DNA of 64,000 bases from Naegleria gruberi (taxonomy: Eukaryota), in NCBI GenBank assembly GCA_000004985.1, contig GG738851.1, one strand, 5' to 3'. The notes beneath the pieces were generated by a model. It ran no database searches. It was not told the origin of the DNA and saw only the letters and a program-made list of their open reading frames with translations. This document shows, piece after piece, positions 21,096-31,739 of the stretch (positions are counted from its first letter, which is position 1; each line of letters starts with the position of its first letter). The translations under genes were made by a program, and so were the position numbers.

Positions 21096-21118
21096 GGTGC
21101 GATTCCCACTGGTCCCCA
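21096..21118 (+). repeat. Partial duplicate of the tRNA-Pro 3' end (B-box remnant plus acceptor 3' strand) about 70 nt downstream of the gene; extra-B-box-like element
   Basis: ggtgcgattcccactggtcccca is gggtgcga[16-nt deletion]ttcccactggtcccca of the tRNA-Pro at 20956. Confidence 0.6.
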
Positions 21119-21590
21119 ATCCATTTTATTTTGTTCTACATTATCTATTTATCAAAATTGGTATGAGTATACCACTCACCAAATGATTAGAATTAAAAGG
21201 AAAACTACCAATAGAGAATCGAATTAGTGGGAATGATTCATACATATTCACCCTTTTCGAGCTTCCTTTTCACACTCAAATTCAAATTATCAACAAATGT
21301 CAAAAGGTGAAATACATTTCTTGAATTTCAGCTCCTTCACTCATCAGCGACAACACTTTCCAATTCGACTTCTCATAAACGACATTCCTTGTATCTAAAA
21401 GCGCGCAACGAAACTAACACTCAAAACAAAGTACATGCGCTCATTCCTTCTTCTTACCATTTAAATTGCATCACCATTTCGCTCAACATTTTGAAAAAAA
21501 CAAGACAACAATATCACTGAGACAAATCTCAATAACAACAACAACAATACTAGTTTTACATCTAGTTTTTGAAAAAAGAACAGAAACAAT

Positions 21591-22238
21591 ATGGCTATTA
21601 GCACAAATTTAAAGAATCTCGTTCAAAAGTTGCCACTGGTTGGTCAACATGCTCAACATGCATTGGATGATCTTGGTATTGGTGGTGGAAATCATCAAGA
21701 AAAGAGAAAGTCACAAGCCAAAATTGTCATTATTGGTTTGGAAAATTCAGGAAAATCAAGTATTCTCTCCAAACTTAGAAAGATGAAGAAACAATTGTGG
21801 AACAAGTTGAAGAAACAAAAGAATGAATTGCCAGAAACTAATCCAACTCTTGGTTTCAATGTTGATATGTTCAAGTATCATGACACTTCATTTACTTGCT
21901 TTGAAATTGGTGGAAAGTTCTTGAAAACTAAACAATTGGCAAAACATTACTTTGAAAATAATCATGCAGTGATTTTTGTGATTGATTCAACTGACAGAAA
22001 TAAGATTCAAGAAGCTAGAGATACTATTCATTCAGTAATGCAAGATCCACTCCTTTCTGGTTGTAAATTATTAGTCTTGGCTAATAAGCAAGATTTATCC
22101 GAATCTATGGAAATGGACGAAATGGTCAAACAATTGAAATTGAACGATATCAAACAAAAATGGAATATTTATGCAACAAGTGCCAAGAATGGAATGGGAT
22201 TATTTGCAAGCTTTGATTGGATTTCTTTGGCCGATTAA
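21591..22238 (+). CDS. ARF/ARL-family small GTPase with a divergent switch II (FEIGGK instead of WDVGGQ) and a 22-aa insertion after the P-loop; 215 aa
   Basis: The ATG ORF has the family motifs KIVIIGLENSGKSS (P-loop), PTLGFNV, LLVLANKQDL (NKxD) and TSAK. The catalytic Gln is Lys, and there is no N-terminal Gly2. Confidence 0.75.
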   Translation: MAISTNLKNLVQKLPLVGQHAQHALDDLGIGGGNHQEKRKSQAKIVIIGLENSGKSSILSKLRKMKKQLWNKLKKQKNELPETNPTLGFNVDMFKYHDTSFTCFEIGGKFLKTKQLAKHYFENNHAVIFVIDSTDRNKIQEARDTIHSVMQDPLLSGCKLLVLANKQDLSESMEMDEMVKQLKLNDIKQKWNIYATSAKNGMGLFASFDWISLAD

Positions 22239-22803
22239 GAATTTCACAAATTTCCACAAACAAATCCTTCGATTATGGAATTGTAATTTGGCCTTAAACT
22301 CTGCAAATCAAGAAAACTCGAAATTATTCAGGAAATTATCAAAACAACAACTTGATACCAAAAATTGATATGCAAATCAATTCATCAATCATTTCAATTA
22401 CCTTAAAAACGAATAAATCATGAAATTGTAACAATTCTCAAAATGTTTAGTTCTTTGTTTGAAAAGGAGTTCAAAAACTTCCTTATCTATTTCCTATCGA
22501 TCAATTTCCATTCTTAATATTCCTTCCTTCCATTCAATATTCCAAAATATTAAATAATCTTTAAAAATATTTAAAAATTTTGTAAGAAAAAATAGCTCGT
22601 CATCAACATCACCCGACTTTTATGGAAACTCTGCAAAATAATCAATCATCAGAGTTGGGATAAAGTTCTGGAATGGACCATTCCCCATAGATATTGTGTT
22701 CAACATTTCCCTCTCTCGTTCAAATTCCTTTTATTATTTTGATGATGATGAATTTTAATATTACACTAATTGAAAAAGAAGGAGAACACAGGTCGGATCA
22801 TAG

Positions 22804-24942
22804 ATGAAGAATCAATCAGGACCAGTAGCTACCATAGTAGGGCTGATACTACTTTCAACCTCCTCCTCTCCGAGTCATAATTACAAATCTATTAATTATT
22901 ATTATAAGAGTTTGATAATTTATTTAATATTTACGATTTTTCAAAGTTTAATAACAGTACATGCCCAACAAACATTTCCACCAACGTTAAATTATCAAGG
23001 CTATCAACTACTCCTTTCCAAGAATCAACTCCTCATCAGAGCAACTACCTCCACTCTACTCACTTCCAATAATTTGGGAGCAAGTCTTTCATCACCATCC
23101 GAAATTCAAGGTGGTTTTGTCATTCAGAATACTGTGTTTTATGTACAGAATGTTATTGGAGGAAGTTTTGAATTGGTAACTACCACTACTAGTGGTACAA
23201 ATAGTTCGAGTGTTGTTACATCCTTTTCTTCAGAGGCTATTCAACAGGGAAGAGTTTACTTTGTGCCAAATGTTGGATTGGATATTAATTTGAAACCTTC
23301 GTATAGTGTTTGGGCTCAAGGCTTGTTGGTCAATTCATCTACCTTACTTAGTGTTGCATTGTTAAATAGTACAACAATTTCGAGTGCTCAAGTGACCTTT
23401 ACGAGATGGAATACAGGATTGATTGGAGCTCCAAAACCAGTTGTGTTCAATAGGTCAAATTCAACTCACGTCATTATTGAAGTGAACATGTTCAAGAGAA
23501 ATATCGATGGACCTCCAGCTTCTTCCTTTATGGTTGGTCTAGCCAACAGTGCTACTTGTACCAGTGATTATAATACTGTATTGAACTCTCTGTCTGATGG
23601 TTTTGTAAAAAGTGCAGAGACTGAAACGTATCAGACCTTTGTCCTCATTCAGACAATTGCTGCTCACTTGGCCAATCCAAATGTTGTCAAGATTTCTAAG
23701 GGAATTTACATTGATGTTAGGGTTTCTGTATTTATGACTTATATGATTACAAATCCAGGCAGTTCATGTCAGAGAATTCAATATACGGAAGATTTAATTA
23801 CTCAAGCCAATTTGATAGCTCAACAGAATGGTAATTCTAATACTCCTCAAATGAGTCTCACTCCAACACGATTGATAGTTTCAGATTCGAGTCAGTTGCT
23901 ACTTTCACTTCTTCTCACTGTTACTGGTTTGAATACTGCAAATTTATTCAATTGGCAACTCACTGGTCCTAAAGCATTCACTCTCAATTATCCAATTTTG
24001 GCTGATGTCCAAGGAGATACCAAATATTGGCAATTTTCATTCGCATCCAACTCTGTATCAGATGGTGAGGATTTTAGTGGAACGTATACATTTAAATTCG
24101 AGGCACAAGTGAGTGGTGAAGCTACATCAAAATTTTACCAGCTCTCAATTACTCTGCAATATTCTATACCAGATGGTGAAGGTGTTTCAGGAGGAGGTGG
24201 ATTACCATTCGACACTGAAATTAACACTTATTATGATAATAATTTTGGTACAAATCAACCCCAGACTCAGATCAAGAAGACACAGCAAGCATTTATCAAA
24301 GTTTCCACAGTGCTCATTTCAACATCGTTGGGTACTGTCTCACCAATTCCAAGTTCAAAACAAATTGCGCCATACAACATATTTATTTGTTGCACCAAGA
24401 ATTTCCAGGCAATGCCATCCAATCAATGTAGACAATACGATGCAACCGTCATGACCTACCAGAAACAGCTGATGATCAATGGAACGATAAGTTCAGACTC
24501 TGATGTTGTTTCTAAATTCAAACTGAAATCTCCAGAGACTATTAAAGGAATCACAGATTGGGGTACTCTCAGACACATTTATGCATTCAGTATGTATATG
24601 ACTGCTCTTGTAACAGGAGTGGATAAGAGATGCTATCTTGCCATAGATACCTATTTGGTGAATGCTGACCTACCAGTTCTTAGAGGTTTGCAAGCTAACA
24701 CTCTCTCTGCAGCCTCTAACATTTCTACCTCAACCAGAGCTTTTGATTTGATTGAAGTGATTGCTGCAACTTCATCCTCCAAGAAACCACAAAAGAGTGT
24801 GCATGCATCTGCATCGAAAAAGAACGGATTTGGCTCTGTGGACTACATTTGTGATAGCAGTGCTCCATCTACCATGAGGTATAATTACCACATTGTAGTT
24901 GTGATAATCTTTACTTTGATATTGGTAAACGTTATCACTTAA
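22804..24942 (+). CDS. Ser/Thr-rich secreted or GPI-anchored surface glycoprotein (hypothetical), 712 aa
   Basis: ATG ORF with an N-terminal hydrophobic segment, many NxS/T sequons, and a C-terminal hydrophobic tail (YNYHIVVVIIFTLILVNVIT) consistent with a GPI signal. Confidence 0.55.
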   Translation: MKNQSGPVATIVGLILLSTSSSPSHNYKSINYYYKSLIIYLIFTIFQSLITVHAQQTFPPTLNYQGYQLLLSKNQLLIRATTSTLLTSNNLGASLSSPSEIQGGFVIQNTVFYVQNVIGGSFELVTTTTSGTNSSSVVTSFSSEAIQQGRVYFVPNVGLDINLKPSYSVWAQGLLVNSSTLLSVALLNSTTISSAQVTFTRWNTGLIGAPKPVVFNRSNSTHVIIEVNMFKRNIDGPPASSFMVGLANSATCTSDYNTVLNSLSDGFVKSAETETYQTFVLIQTIAAHLANPNVVKISKGIYIDVRVSVFMTYMITNPGSSCQRIQYTEDLITQANLIAQQNGNSNTPQMSLTPTRLIVSDSSQLLLSLLLTVTGLNTANLFNWQLTGPKAFTLNYPILADVQGDTKYWQFSFASNSVSDGEDFSGTYTFKFEAQVSGEATSKFYQLSITLQYSIPDGEGVSGGGGLPFDTEINTYYDNNFGTNQPQTQIKKTQQAFIKVSTVLISTSLGTVSPIPSSKQIAPYNIFICCTKNFQAMPSNQCRQYDATVMTYQKQLMINGTISSDSDVVSKFKLKSPETIKGITDWGTLRHIYAFSMYMTALVTGVDKRCYLAIDTYLVNADLPVLRGLQANTLSAASNISTSTRAFDLIEVIAATSSSKKPQKSVHASASKKNGFGSVDYICDSSAPSTMRYNYHIVVVIIFTLILVNVIT

Positions 24943-24946
24943 TAAA

Positions 24947-26767
24947 TTAGTCAGTTACTACTTTATTCCTTTGGTTAAGCAATGCTATGCAACAGCGGTA
25001 AAGCAAAGCCAATCGTTCCTCAGAATCAAGAGCACAATTTTGAAAATCCAAACAATCAGGATATTTCTCGTAGAACGTTTTGCAATGTTCTTCAAATGGC
25101 ACACCATTGATTTGGATGCATTTGATAGCAAATTCAAATGCATCCCATTTTTCTTTAGTGATTCTGTTTGAATCAGTAATTATATCTGTGCATAAATCCT
25201 CTATTGTTGAAGCTCCCAAAATTGAAGGTTTGAAACATTTGACAGCAGTTTCTAGGATTCTTTCAAATTCCGAACTATTAGCATACCAATAAATAAATAA
25301 TGTTCTAATAGTCGACCTAACATGCTCTGCATAATAACTTATATCTCTATTTTTCTCATTCAATTTTTCCATCAACTTTTCCAAATCAAATGGCCCATAT
25401 TCCTCATAGAAATCCTTAAAATAATACATAATATTGCAATTGTAGGTTTTAAAAAACGATTCCACAAAATGTGAAGGTCCTACAAGTCCTTCAAAATATT
25501 CTAGCTCGTAAGGATCAAAATCGTTCACCAATTTGATTAATTTCATTGGATTTGCCTGTCTAAAAGTATAAGTATGCAAAATTCTCTTAATATCTGTCAT
25601 ATTTATCAATCCATGTTTGTATAACTCTTCTATTAACTCATAATCATTGACATTTCTGCATATTAAAAAAAGAATATTCTCTGAGAATAGTTCCATCTTG
25701 TCCACTTTCACAATCTCACAATATTTTCTTACAAATTCAAAGTTAAGATATGATGATGATTCACTTAAGTGGACAAGTCTGTTATTATGTCTATAACCAA
25801 AATTCTTCGTGCAACTGTCAAATATTTTGACGGACAAACCAGGATAAATAATTTCCATACAATTAAACCAACATTCCAATCCCAGCAGAGAACTTGCAAT
25901 ATGATGGAGAGGTATTTGAAGTTTGGATATGTCATTTGATTTTTCTACATTTCCATCAATGGAAATATATTCTTGGATGAATTTCAATAATTTTTCTTCG
26001 TCTTTGTGAATGACAATGTAATTAGCCAGCGAGTAATCATCCATTATCGGTTTGAATTTGTTGATAAATTCGATCGAATCATCGTATGTGAGTTCAGAAA
26101 TAGCAACATTGAATATGGATTTTGAGAAACGTTTCCAATAGTCTTGAGCTCTCAATCCTTCCATCACTCTGCCATCTTTTGTGAATTTCTTGGCATGCGA
26201 CAAGAAATATTGGGCTATAACTCCCGTGTGTATATATTCTACAACACTGGGTTGAAAATCTTTTGAGATTTCTTCTAATCCTTTGCTCATCATTAATGAA
26301 AAATTAGCATTCAAAGCAGACGGAATCAATTTCTTAAATCTCGTTCCAAAAACTGTTGATCTTTCCATTTCATCCTCGTCTCTATCCATAAACTCCATAA
26401 ACGAATGCTTGTTCACCTTCTTTTCATTCAAAATCTGAGTAGTGTGAAACTTTCTCGTCACATCCGCAAGATTCCTATAAATTTTGTATTGTGTAGAGTT
26501 TTTAGCACAAGATTCCATCATCTTTTCATAATAATCAATTTTTAATAGCAACCAATTGGATAGCAGTGTTTTCCAGACCATTTCAAACCGATCCAATTGA
26601 TACCAATTTTTACAAGTCAACACACAGGATAGACCGTCCTTCAAACCAATATATTCCATCACGTGAAAGAGAGTGTCCGGGTGAAGTTCATGTTGTGGCA
26701 TTTTTTTTTTCTGTTGTAAATGATTTCTTCCACTGGTCAACCCAAAACCAATGCAAATTGTCTGCAT
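24947..26767 (-). CDS. F-box domain protein (hypothetical), 606 aa
   Basis: ATG ORF. The N-terminus LHPDTLFHVMEYIGLKDGLSCVLTCKNWYQL fits the F-box consensus (LPxEIL..IF..L...DL.....VCK.W..L). The rest has no recognised domain. Confidence 0.6.
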   Translation of the reverse strand: MQTICIGFGLTSGRNHLQQKKKMPQHELHPDTLFHVMEYIGLKDGLSCVLTCKNWYQLDRFEMVWKTLLSNWLLLKIDYYEKMMESCAKNSTQYKIYRNLADVTRKFHTTQILNEKKVNKHSFMEFMDRDEDEMERSTVFGTRFKKLIPSALNANFSLMMSKGLEEISKDFQPSVVEYIHTGVIAQYFLSHAKKFTKDGRVMEGLRAQDYWKRFSKSIFNVAISELTYDDSIEFINKFKPIMDDYSLANYIVIHKDEEKLLKFIQEYISIDGNVEKSNDISKLQIPLHHIASSLLGLECWFNCMEIIYPGLSVKIFDSCTKNFGYRHNNRLVHLSESSSYLNFEFVRKYCEIVKVDKMELFSENILFLICRNVNDYELIEELYKHGLINMTDIKRILHTYTFRQANPMKLIKLVNDFDPYELEYFEGLVGPSHFVESFFKTYNCNIMYYFKDFYEEYGPFDLEKLMEKLNEKNRDISYYAEHVRSTIRTLFIYWYANSSEFERILETAVKCFKPSILGASTIEDLCTDIITDSNRITKEKWDAFEFAIKCIQINGVPFEEHCKTFYEKYPDCLDFQNCALDSEERLALLYRCCIALLNQRNKVVTD

Positions 26768-26777
26768 CTAAAATTGC

Positions 26778-28032
26778 TTATAATTGAGTTGGTGGCGAGG
26801 AGGTCTCTGGAGTGAAGAGAGTATTTATAAAGTTATTCCTATTACTGGGAAGAGAATTTGAAAGCAGTTCTTCATTGCTGATGATTGAAGAGGGCGAGTT
26901 GAGTGTTGAAAGATAATAGGGCGATATTGGTGTTGTTGATTGCTTTGATTGATTTGCCAGTTTGAGGACACCACTATTGGTAGAAGATTTTGGTTCCTTG
27001 TAGGTTGAAACTGTGGTTATAGTATCAGTTTCTTGTTGTTTCTTTTTCATTTCGAATGAAATATTGTCAAGTGGTCCAAATGCAAACGTTACCAGAAGGC
27101 ACAATATTCCAATAGATACTTTGTGGATAATAGAGGAAGCAAGAAGGATTTTGGCTGGAGAGAATATAATTTTCAACATTAGTATTATATTTGAAATAAT
27201 ATTCAAGAGTGAAGTTAATAATTGTCCTATTGAAAGTGCAATCAATTTACGACAAGCTGTTTTTCTCTCCTTAGAGATGGGTCTATTTTCTGGCAAGAGT
27301 TTCCTTACCAGAGCCCCTACGCTTACTACATTCAAAATTGTGAAATATAACATTCCTAATGAAACAAATAATCCTAATGTAGAACTGACAGTCTCGGCCT
27401 GTTCACTTATCAAGATGGTCATTGCTGTTTCTGCATATCTTAGCATGAATAGTGTGCATACAGTTACAATAAAGAGCAGCAGTAAAATGTTTAGAATAAT
27501 CACAAGAGAAATACTCGAAATTTTGACAAACTTTCCCCAAGTTTGATTCATTCGATTTTTCCTCATCCAAGATTGTGTCTTATTGAAATAAATATTGTAA
27601 ATTATCTTTGCTATGGTAGCCTGACTGTTCATACACAGAGTTACAGAAATCATCATGCCAGACGTTTCAAAGGCATGAAAAAATGTCCAAAACCAACCCT
27701 GCATTGCAGTGATTAATCCAACCGTGTATGTTATTCCAAAACATTGAAAAACTATTTGATTAAGACAAATAAGTATCAATAGAATGTACAACAATCTCTT
27801 ATTAAATACCATATGCTTCCACTTTGATACAAGTAGAAATCCCATCGGCAATAGAAGAACCATAAAGAAGAGAAGACCTGTAATATGCACTCCGAGAATT
27901 CCATAAATACAATCGTCGATTGATGATGGTTGTATCATTACGGAGCTATTGAATCCATATTGTGATGAATTAAAGAATGAAGAAGATAATGATGATGATG
28001 GCGGTTGTGGCAAATTGATAGAAATCAACATT
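26778..28032 (-). CDS. 7-TM (GPCR-like) membrane protein with a Ser/Thr-rich C-terminal tail
   Basis: The track ORF (26778..28121) starts at TTG, and I take the first in-frame ATG (MLISINLPQ..) at about 28032. There are seven hydrophobic segments. A GTAAGT sits inside the TTG-initiated leader, so an unrecognised 5' exon is possible. Confidence 0.55.
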
Positions 28033-28151
28033 AAATTTCTTTTTAAAATTCTTTTTAATTTGATTTGTACTAATATTGACAAAAAACTTACAGAGATATT
28101 GACTGGTAGTGAAGACCTCAAATTATAAGAAAAATAATATCAAAAAGCACA

Positions 28152-28226
28152 TGCTACCCGCGCGGATCGAACGCACATCTTCTTACTCCCGATAAGCAAG
28201 ACGCCCTACCATTAGACCAGAGCAGC
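28152..28226 (-). tRNA. tRNA-like gene of uncertain identity (possible tRNA-Ile TAT with a 4-nt intron, or a pseudogene)
   Basis: The minus-strand sequence is GCTGCTCTGGTCTAATGGTAGGGCG TCTTG CTTATCGGGAG TAAGA AGAT GTGCGTTCGATCCGCGC GGGTAGCA. The acceptor, D-arm and T-arm are good (B-box GTTCGATCC). The anticodon stem TCTTG/TAAGA encloses 11 nt rather than 7, so either a 4-nt intron or an expanded loop is present. Confidence 0.5.
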
Positions 28227-28262
28227 TAACGAATAATTTCTAAAAATAGGTGGATACTTCAT

Positions 28263-29477
28263 TCAAGCATTAAGATACTCCATCAAAAAGAAAAACCACA
28301 GTGGAACTGTGTTGTGCTCCAATAATTTGGAGCTAATCTCAATATAGGGAACTGTGTGTGTAGCCAATCGATTGTAGAGTCTTTGATTTGTAATCTTGTA
28401 TTCTGAACTGTGATCTGACTGCATACCAACAATGGCCATGATACATGAGGGGACTAACTTTCTAACCTGCTCTATAAAGAAACGAATATTTAGTAAGGTG
28501 GCTTTGCTTGTCAAGTCAAAAGCAATGATGCAATATTTGGAATCATTCAAAAAAGAATTTCTTGGTACGTATATTTGTTCTCCTCCTGCCCAGTCCCATA
28601 ATGCAATGTTCAAGCTTTCAGTCTGATTCAATTGTGTTGACAAATTGAAAACTGAGACAGTACAACCAATGGTTGGTAAATACTTTTGGTGTGGTTTGAA
28701 TTTTGAAACATCTAAGGATTTACAAAATGTTGTCTTGCCAACTGCACCACAGCCCAAAACACAACACTTTGCCAACTTGATATCCTTCCACTTGGAAAAG
28801 GTTTCATCGGTGAGTGAAAATTTTCTAACTCTAAGGAGAGCTGCTTCCTCTTCCACAATCTTCTTACCACTATTCTTCAGGAAGGATTTGTAAACTTGAA
28901 ATTGTTTCATCAAACTCTCGAATAATAATAAATCATCGGGTTGATGAGTCTTATCTGCCACTGTGGATGATGATGAAGAATTATCATCCTCTTTCAAATT
29001 CAAGACAATGTGTTGCCATAGACCCTTTTCACTCCACTCCTTCTCACACTCCTTCAACATGTTCATAACATATTGTTGAAAGCAAAATTCGTAGAATCCA
29101 ACTTTTTCTGCAGCCAAGTCTAGGAAGGATTCTGAAGTTGGTGGCTTATTCTCTTCAAAATCATCATCACCATCCTCTTGATATTTCATCAATGCTAGCC
29201 AATATAAATCACTCTCTGTATAATTAATACTAATATTCAATGATGTCTTATGGTTCTGCAACTTGATGATTTTCCTTTGGATATACTCTTCGACAAGTCT
29301 TCGGGAAAGCTTACAACACTTGGAGATGCCAAAAAACAAATCCAAAGGATTGAGAAACTCCAATATTGAAAACAACCATACATCATTATTAATTCCCATC
29401 AATTCGTGTTGTTCATCCTTTTCCTCGTTGTCGGCTTTTATTCTTAAGCTTGATTCTGTATTGTTCTTGTTATTCAT
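28263..29477 (-). CDS. F-box-like N-terminus fused to a degenerate Ras-superfamily GTPase domain (no NKxD, no switch-II Gln)
   Basis: The track ORF starts at TTG (29615), and the first ATG gives MNNKNNTESS.. at about 29477. The F-box-like segment is DVWLFSILEFLNPLDLFFGISKCCKLSRRL. The GTPase-like segment has the P-loop LGCGAVGKTTF and DxxG as WDWAGGEQ. There is no NKxD, and GMQSD sits in its place. Confidence 0.55.
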   Translation of the reverse strand: MNNKNNTESSLRIKADNEEKDEQHELMGINNDVWLFSILEFLNPLDLFFGISKCCKLSRRLVEEYIQRKIIKLQNHKTSLNISINYTESDLYWLALMKYQEDGDDDFEENKPPTSESFLDLAAEKVGFYEFCFQQYVMNMLKECEKEWSEKGLWQHIVLNLKEDDNSSSSSTVADKTHQPDDLLLFESLMKQFQVYKSFLKNSGKKIVEEEAALLRVRKFSLTDETFSKWKDIKLAKCCVLGCGAVGKTTFCKSLDVSKFKPHQKYLPTIGCTVSVFNLSTQLNQTESLNIALWDWAGGEQIYVPRNSFLNDSKYCIIAFDLTSKATLLNIRFFIEQVRKLVPSCIMAIVGMQSDHSSEYKITNQRLYNRLATHTVPYIEISSKLLEHNTVPLWFFFLMEYLNA

Positions 29478-29768
29478 CCTCCTATTTTTTAATGCAAGCT
29501 TGAAGGTTGTGGATTTTAAGAGGAGGTGTGAGATTGCCAAGTTGTTGTTGGTGTTACATGGAGTGTTGATGAAGAATTCTTTTTTGTTGAATTGTTTCTT
29601 CTTTTTCACCGCCAAACTAACCGTTAGACCGGTTATTAAATATTTTAATTTTTAAAATAAAAAAAATGTAAATGTATCATCACTTCCTAATGGAAGTAAT
29701 ACTTCAATTGTCATTGAGCGGATAGTTTGCTCATACCGCACGACAATGCAAATAACAAAGAAGAAAAA

Positions 29769-31586
29769 ATGTTGATGATCCTATTGGTGGCCTTGATGGT
29801 CATTGTTATTTCTCTGATGATCAACATTGCCTTCAAACTTTATAATAATTATAAGAAGGGTATGTTGTTTTTTCTTTTCAAAATTTAATGATGATTAATT
29901 TTACCAAAATCGATTGGTTACCACAGTTGCTCATATTCCTGGTACTTTTCAATTGACATTTACTCCGTGGAGAATTCCTTTAATTTCACCTGTTTGGTAT
30001 TTGGGAAATGTTGGTACAATTGTTGATGATGTTAGAAAGTATGGTGATGCTGAGAATAAAATCATGAGAATTACTTATCCTGATGCTAATATGGTGCTAG
30101 TTTCTGATCCAGACATGTTGAAAGAGTTCTACCTGACCAAGGGAAATACATTTGACAAGTCGAGTTATGTCTATGACATGTTCAATGTTTATGGAGAGAG
30201 TATCTTGTCAGCTAAAGATACCGAAACATGGAGAAAGCATTTCAAGTAAGTTTTACAATTTTTTACAACAATTTGTGTAATTAACTGATTATAGAGTTGT
30301 TTCACCTGCATTCTCTCCAAAGAATTTGCAATACATGTGTAAGGTTTGCATTGACAGTTCAAAATTATTATTCAACAGATGGGAATCAAAATTGAAAGGA
30401 AAGGAATATTTCATATTGGATTTAGGTGATTTCCCAGATGTTACATTGGATGTTCTTGGAACTAGTGCTTTTGGTATTGATTTTGGCACTTTTTCAGGTG
30501 AACACAACACATCAGAATCAAAATTCAGAAGAGCAATGGAAAAGGTAATTTCACATCAATTCCTAATTAGAAGATTCTTTTTAGAGGTTCCATGGCTTTG
30601 CAAGTTTTTGGAGAGTGTTACTGGAGCAGGAGAAGCAACCAAGTTTTGTGGAGATTATTTGGATAAGGTCATTAAGGATAGAACAAAATTGGTAGAGAGC
30701 TATACTTCATCAACAACTGACGATGAGAAAAAGCATGATGTGTTTACATTGTTAGTGGAGGCTAACATTCTTGACAAGCAATTGACAGATGGAGAATTGA
30801 AGAGTAATGCCTTGATTTTCTCGTAAGTATTATTAATATTTGTATATTTATCAAATACGTATAGAGCTGCTGGACATGAAGTAAGTATCAATTAGATTTC
30901 ACATTCTCATTTTAAATACCATAATAATAGACAACTGCAACCTTACTAAAGTGGACCTTTTATGAAATCTCTAAAAGACCTGAAGTTCAAAACAAAATGT
31001 ATCAAGAAATTGTGGAAAAAATTGGTGATCGTCCAATAGAATACGAAGATTTTGGTAAGATGGACTATGTTTACTCTACCATTCTAGAGGTGTTGAGATT
31101 TAACCCTCCTGTCGTTTGGGTCTCTCGAGAATGTAACAAGAGCACAACTATTGGAAAGTATCACATTCCAAAAGGAACCAGAGTAAATGCTCTCATCAAA
31201 CAAGCTCACAGTAATGAAAAGAATTGGACCAGGCCAGAAGAATTCAATCCAGAACGTCTCTTCAACAATCCAGAGCTCAGAGACAAGGTTCAACAGGATA
31301 TGTCATTCATTGGATTTTCTATGGGAAATCGTAAATGTAAGTGTTTAGATTATCATATTTTTTTACTAATTTAAACAATCCAAACAAATGGACAAATACC
31401 ACATCTCTAGGTATTGGATATAAATTTGCTTTATTAGAAGCAATGATGCTTATTTGCACATTCTTAAAGAGCTATGAATTTAAATTGGAAAATGATGAAA
31501 CTATTGATCCAGTCCTACCAAAGAAAGGTATCGTAAATGTTCCAGGTGATAACATGAGAATCAGAGTCTTCCACAGAACCAAATAA
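29769..31586 (+). CDS. Cytochrome P450, 6 exons (29769..29859, 29927..30245, 30295..30822, 30865..30880, 30931..31336, 31411..31586), 511 aa
   Basis: All five introns have GTAAGT or GTATGT donors and AG acceptors, and the summed exon length of 1536 nt keeps one frame. The product has an N-terminal membrane anchor, the I-helix motif AAGHETT (split by a 16-nt exon), an ExxR region, and the heme loop FSMGNRKC|IGYKFA split by the last intron. Confidence 0.85.
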
Positions 31587-31739
31587 ACCAAATTTAAATT
31601 TCAACAACTATTACAATAATTGTACTCTAAATCCAATCACCAGCCACAATCCACGTAAAACACGTGTTCTTCCATTGTTATTCCAAATTAAAAGCAACCA
31701 TTGTTAACCATTTCTTAATTATTCCAAATATCAAAAAAA

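Noticed and set aside
20924-21124. 66-aa minus-strand ORF
   Set aside because: It lies entirely over tRNA-Pro and its downstream B-box fragment, and its codons reflect tRNA sequence (WGPVGIEP..). It is spurious.
30535-30590. Possible extra intron in P450 exon 3 (GTAATT...TTTTAG, 40 nt)
   Set aside because: Removing it shifts the frame into a stop within 25 codons. The unspliced reading keeps a P450-like sequence (..PWLCKFL..), so it is coding sequence resembling splice signals.
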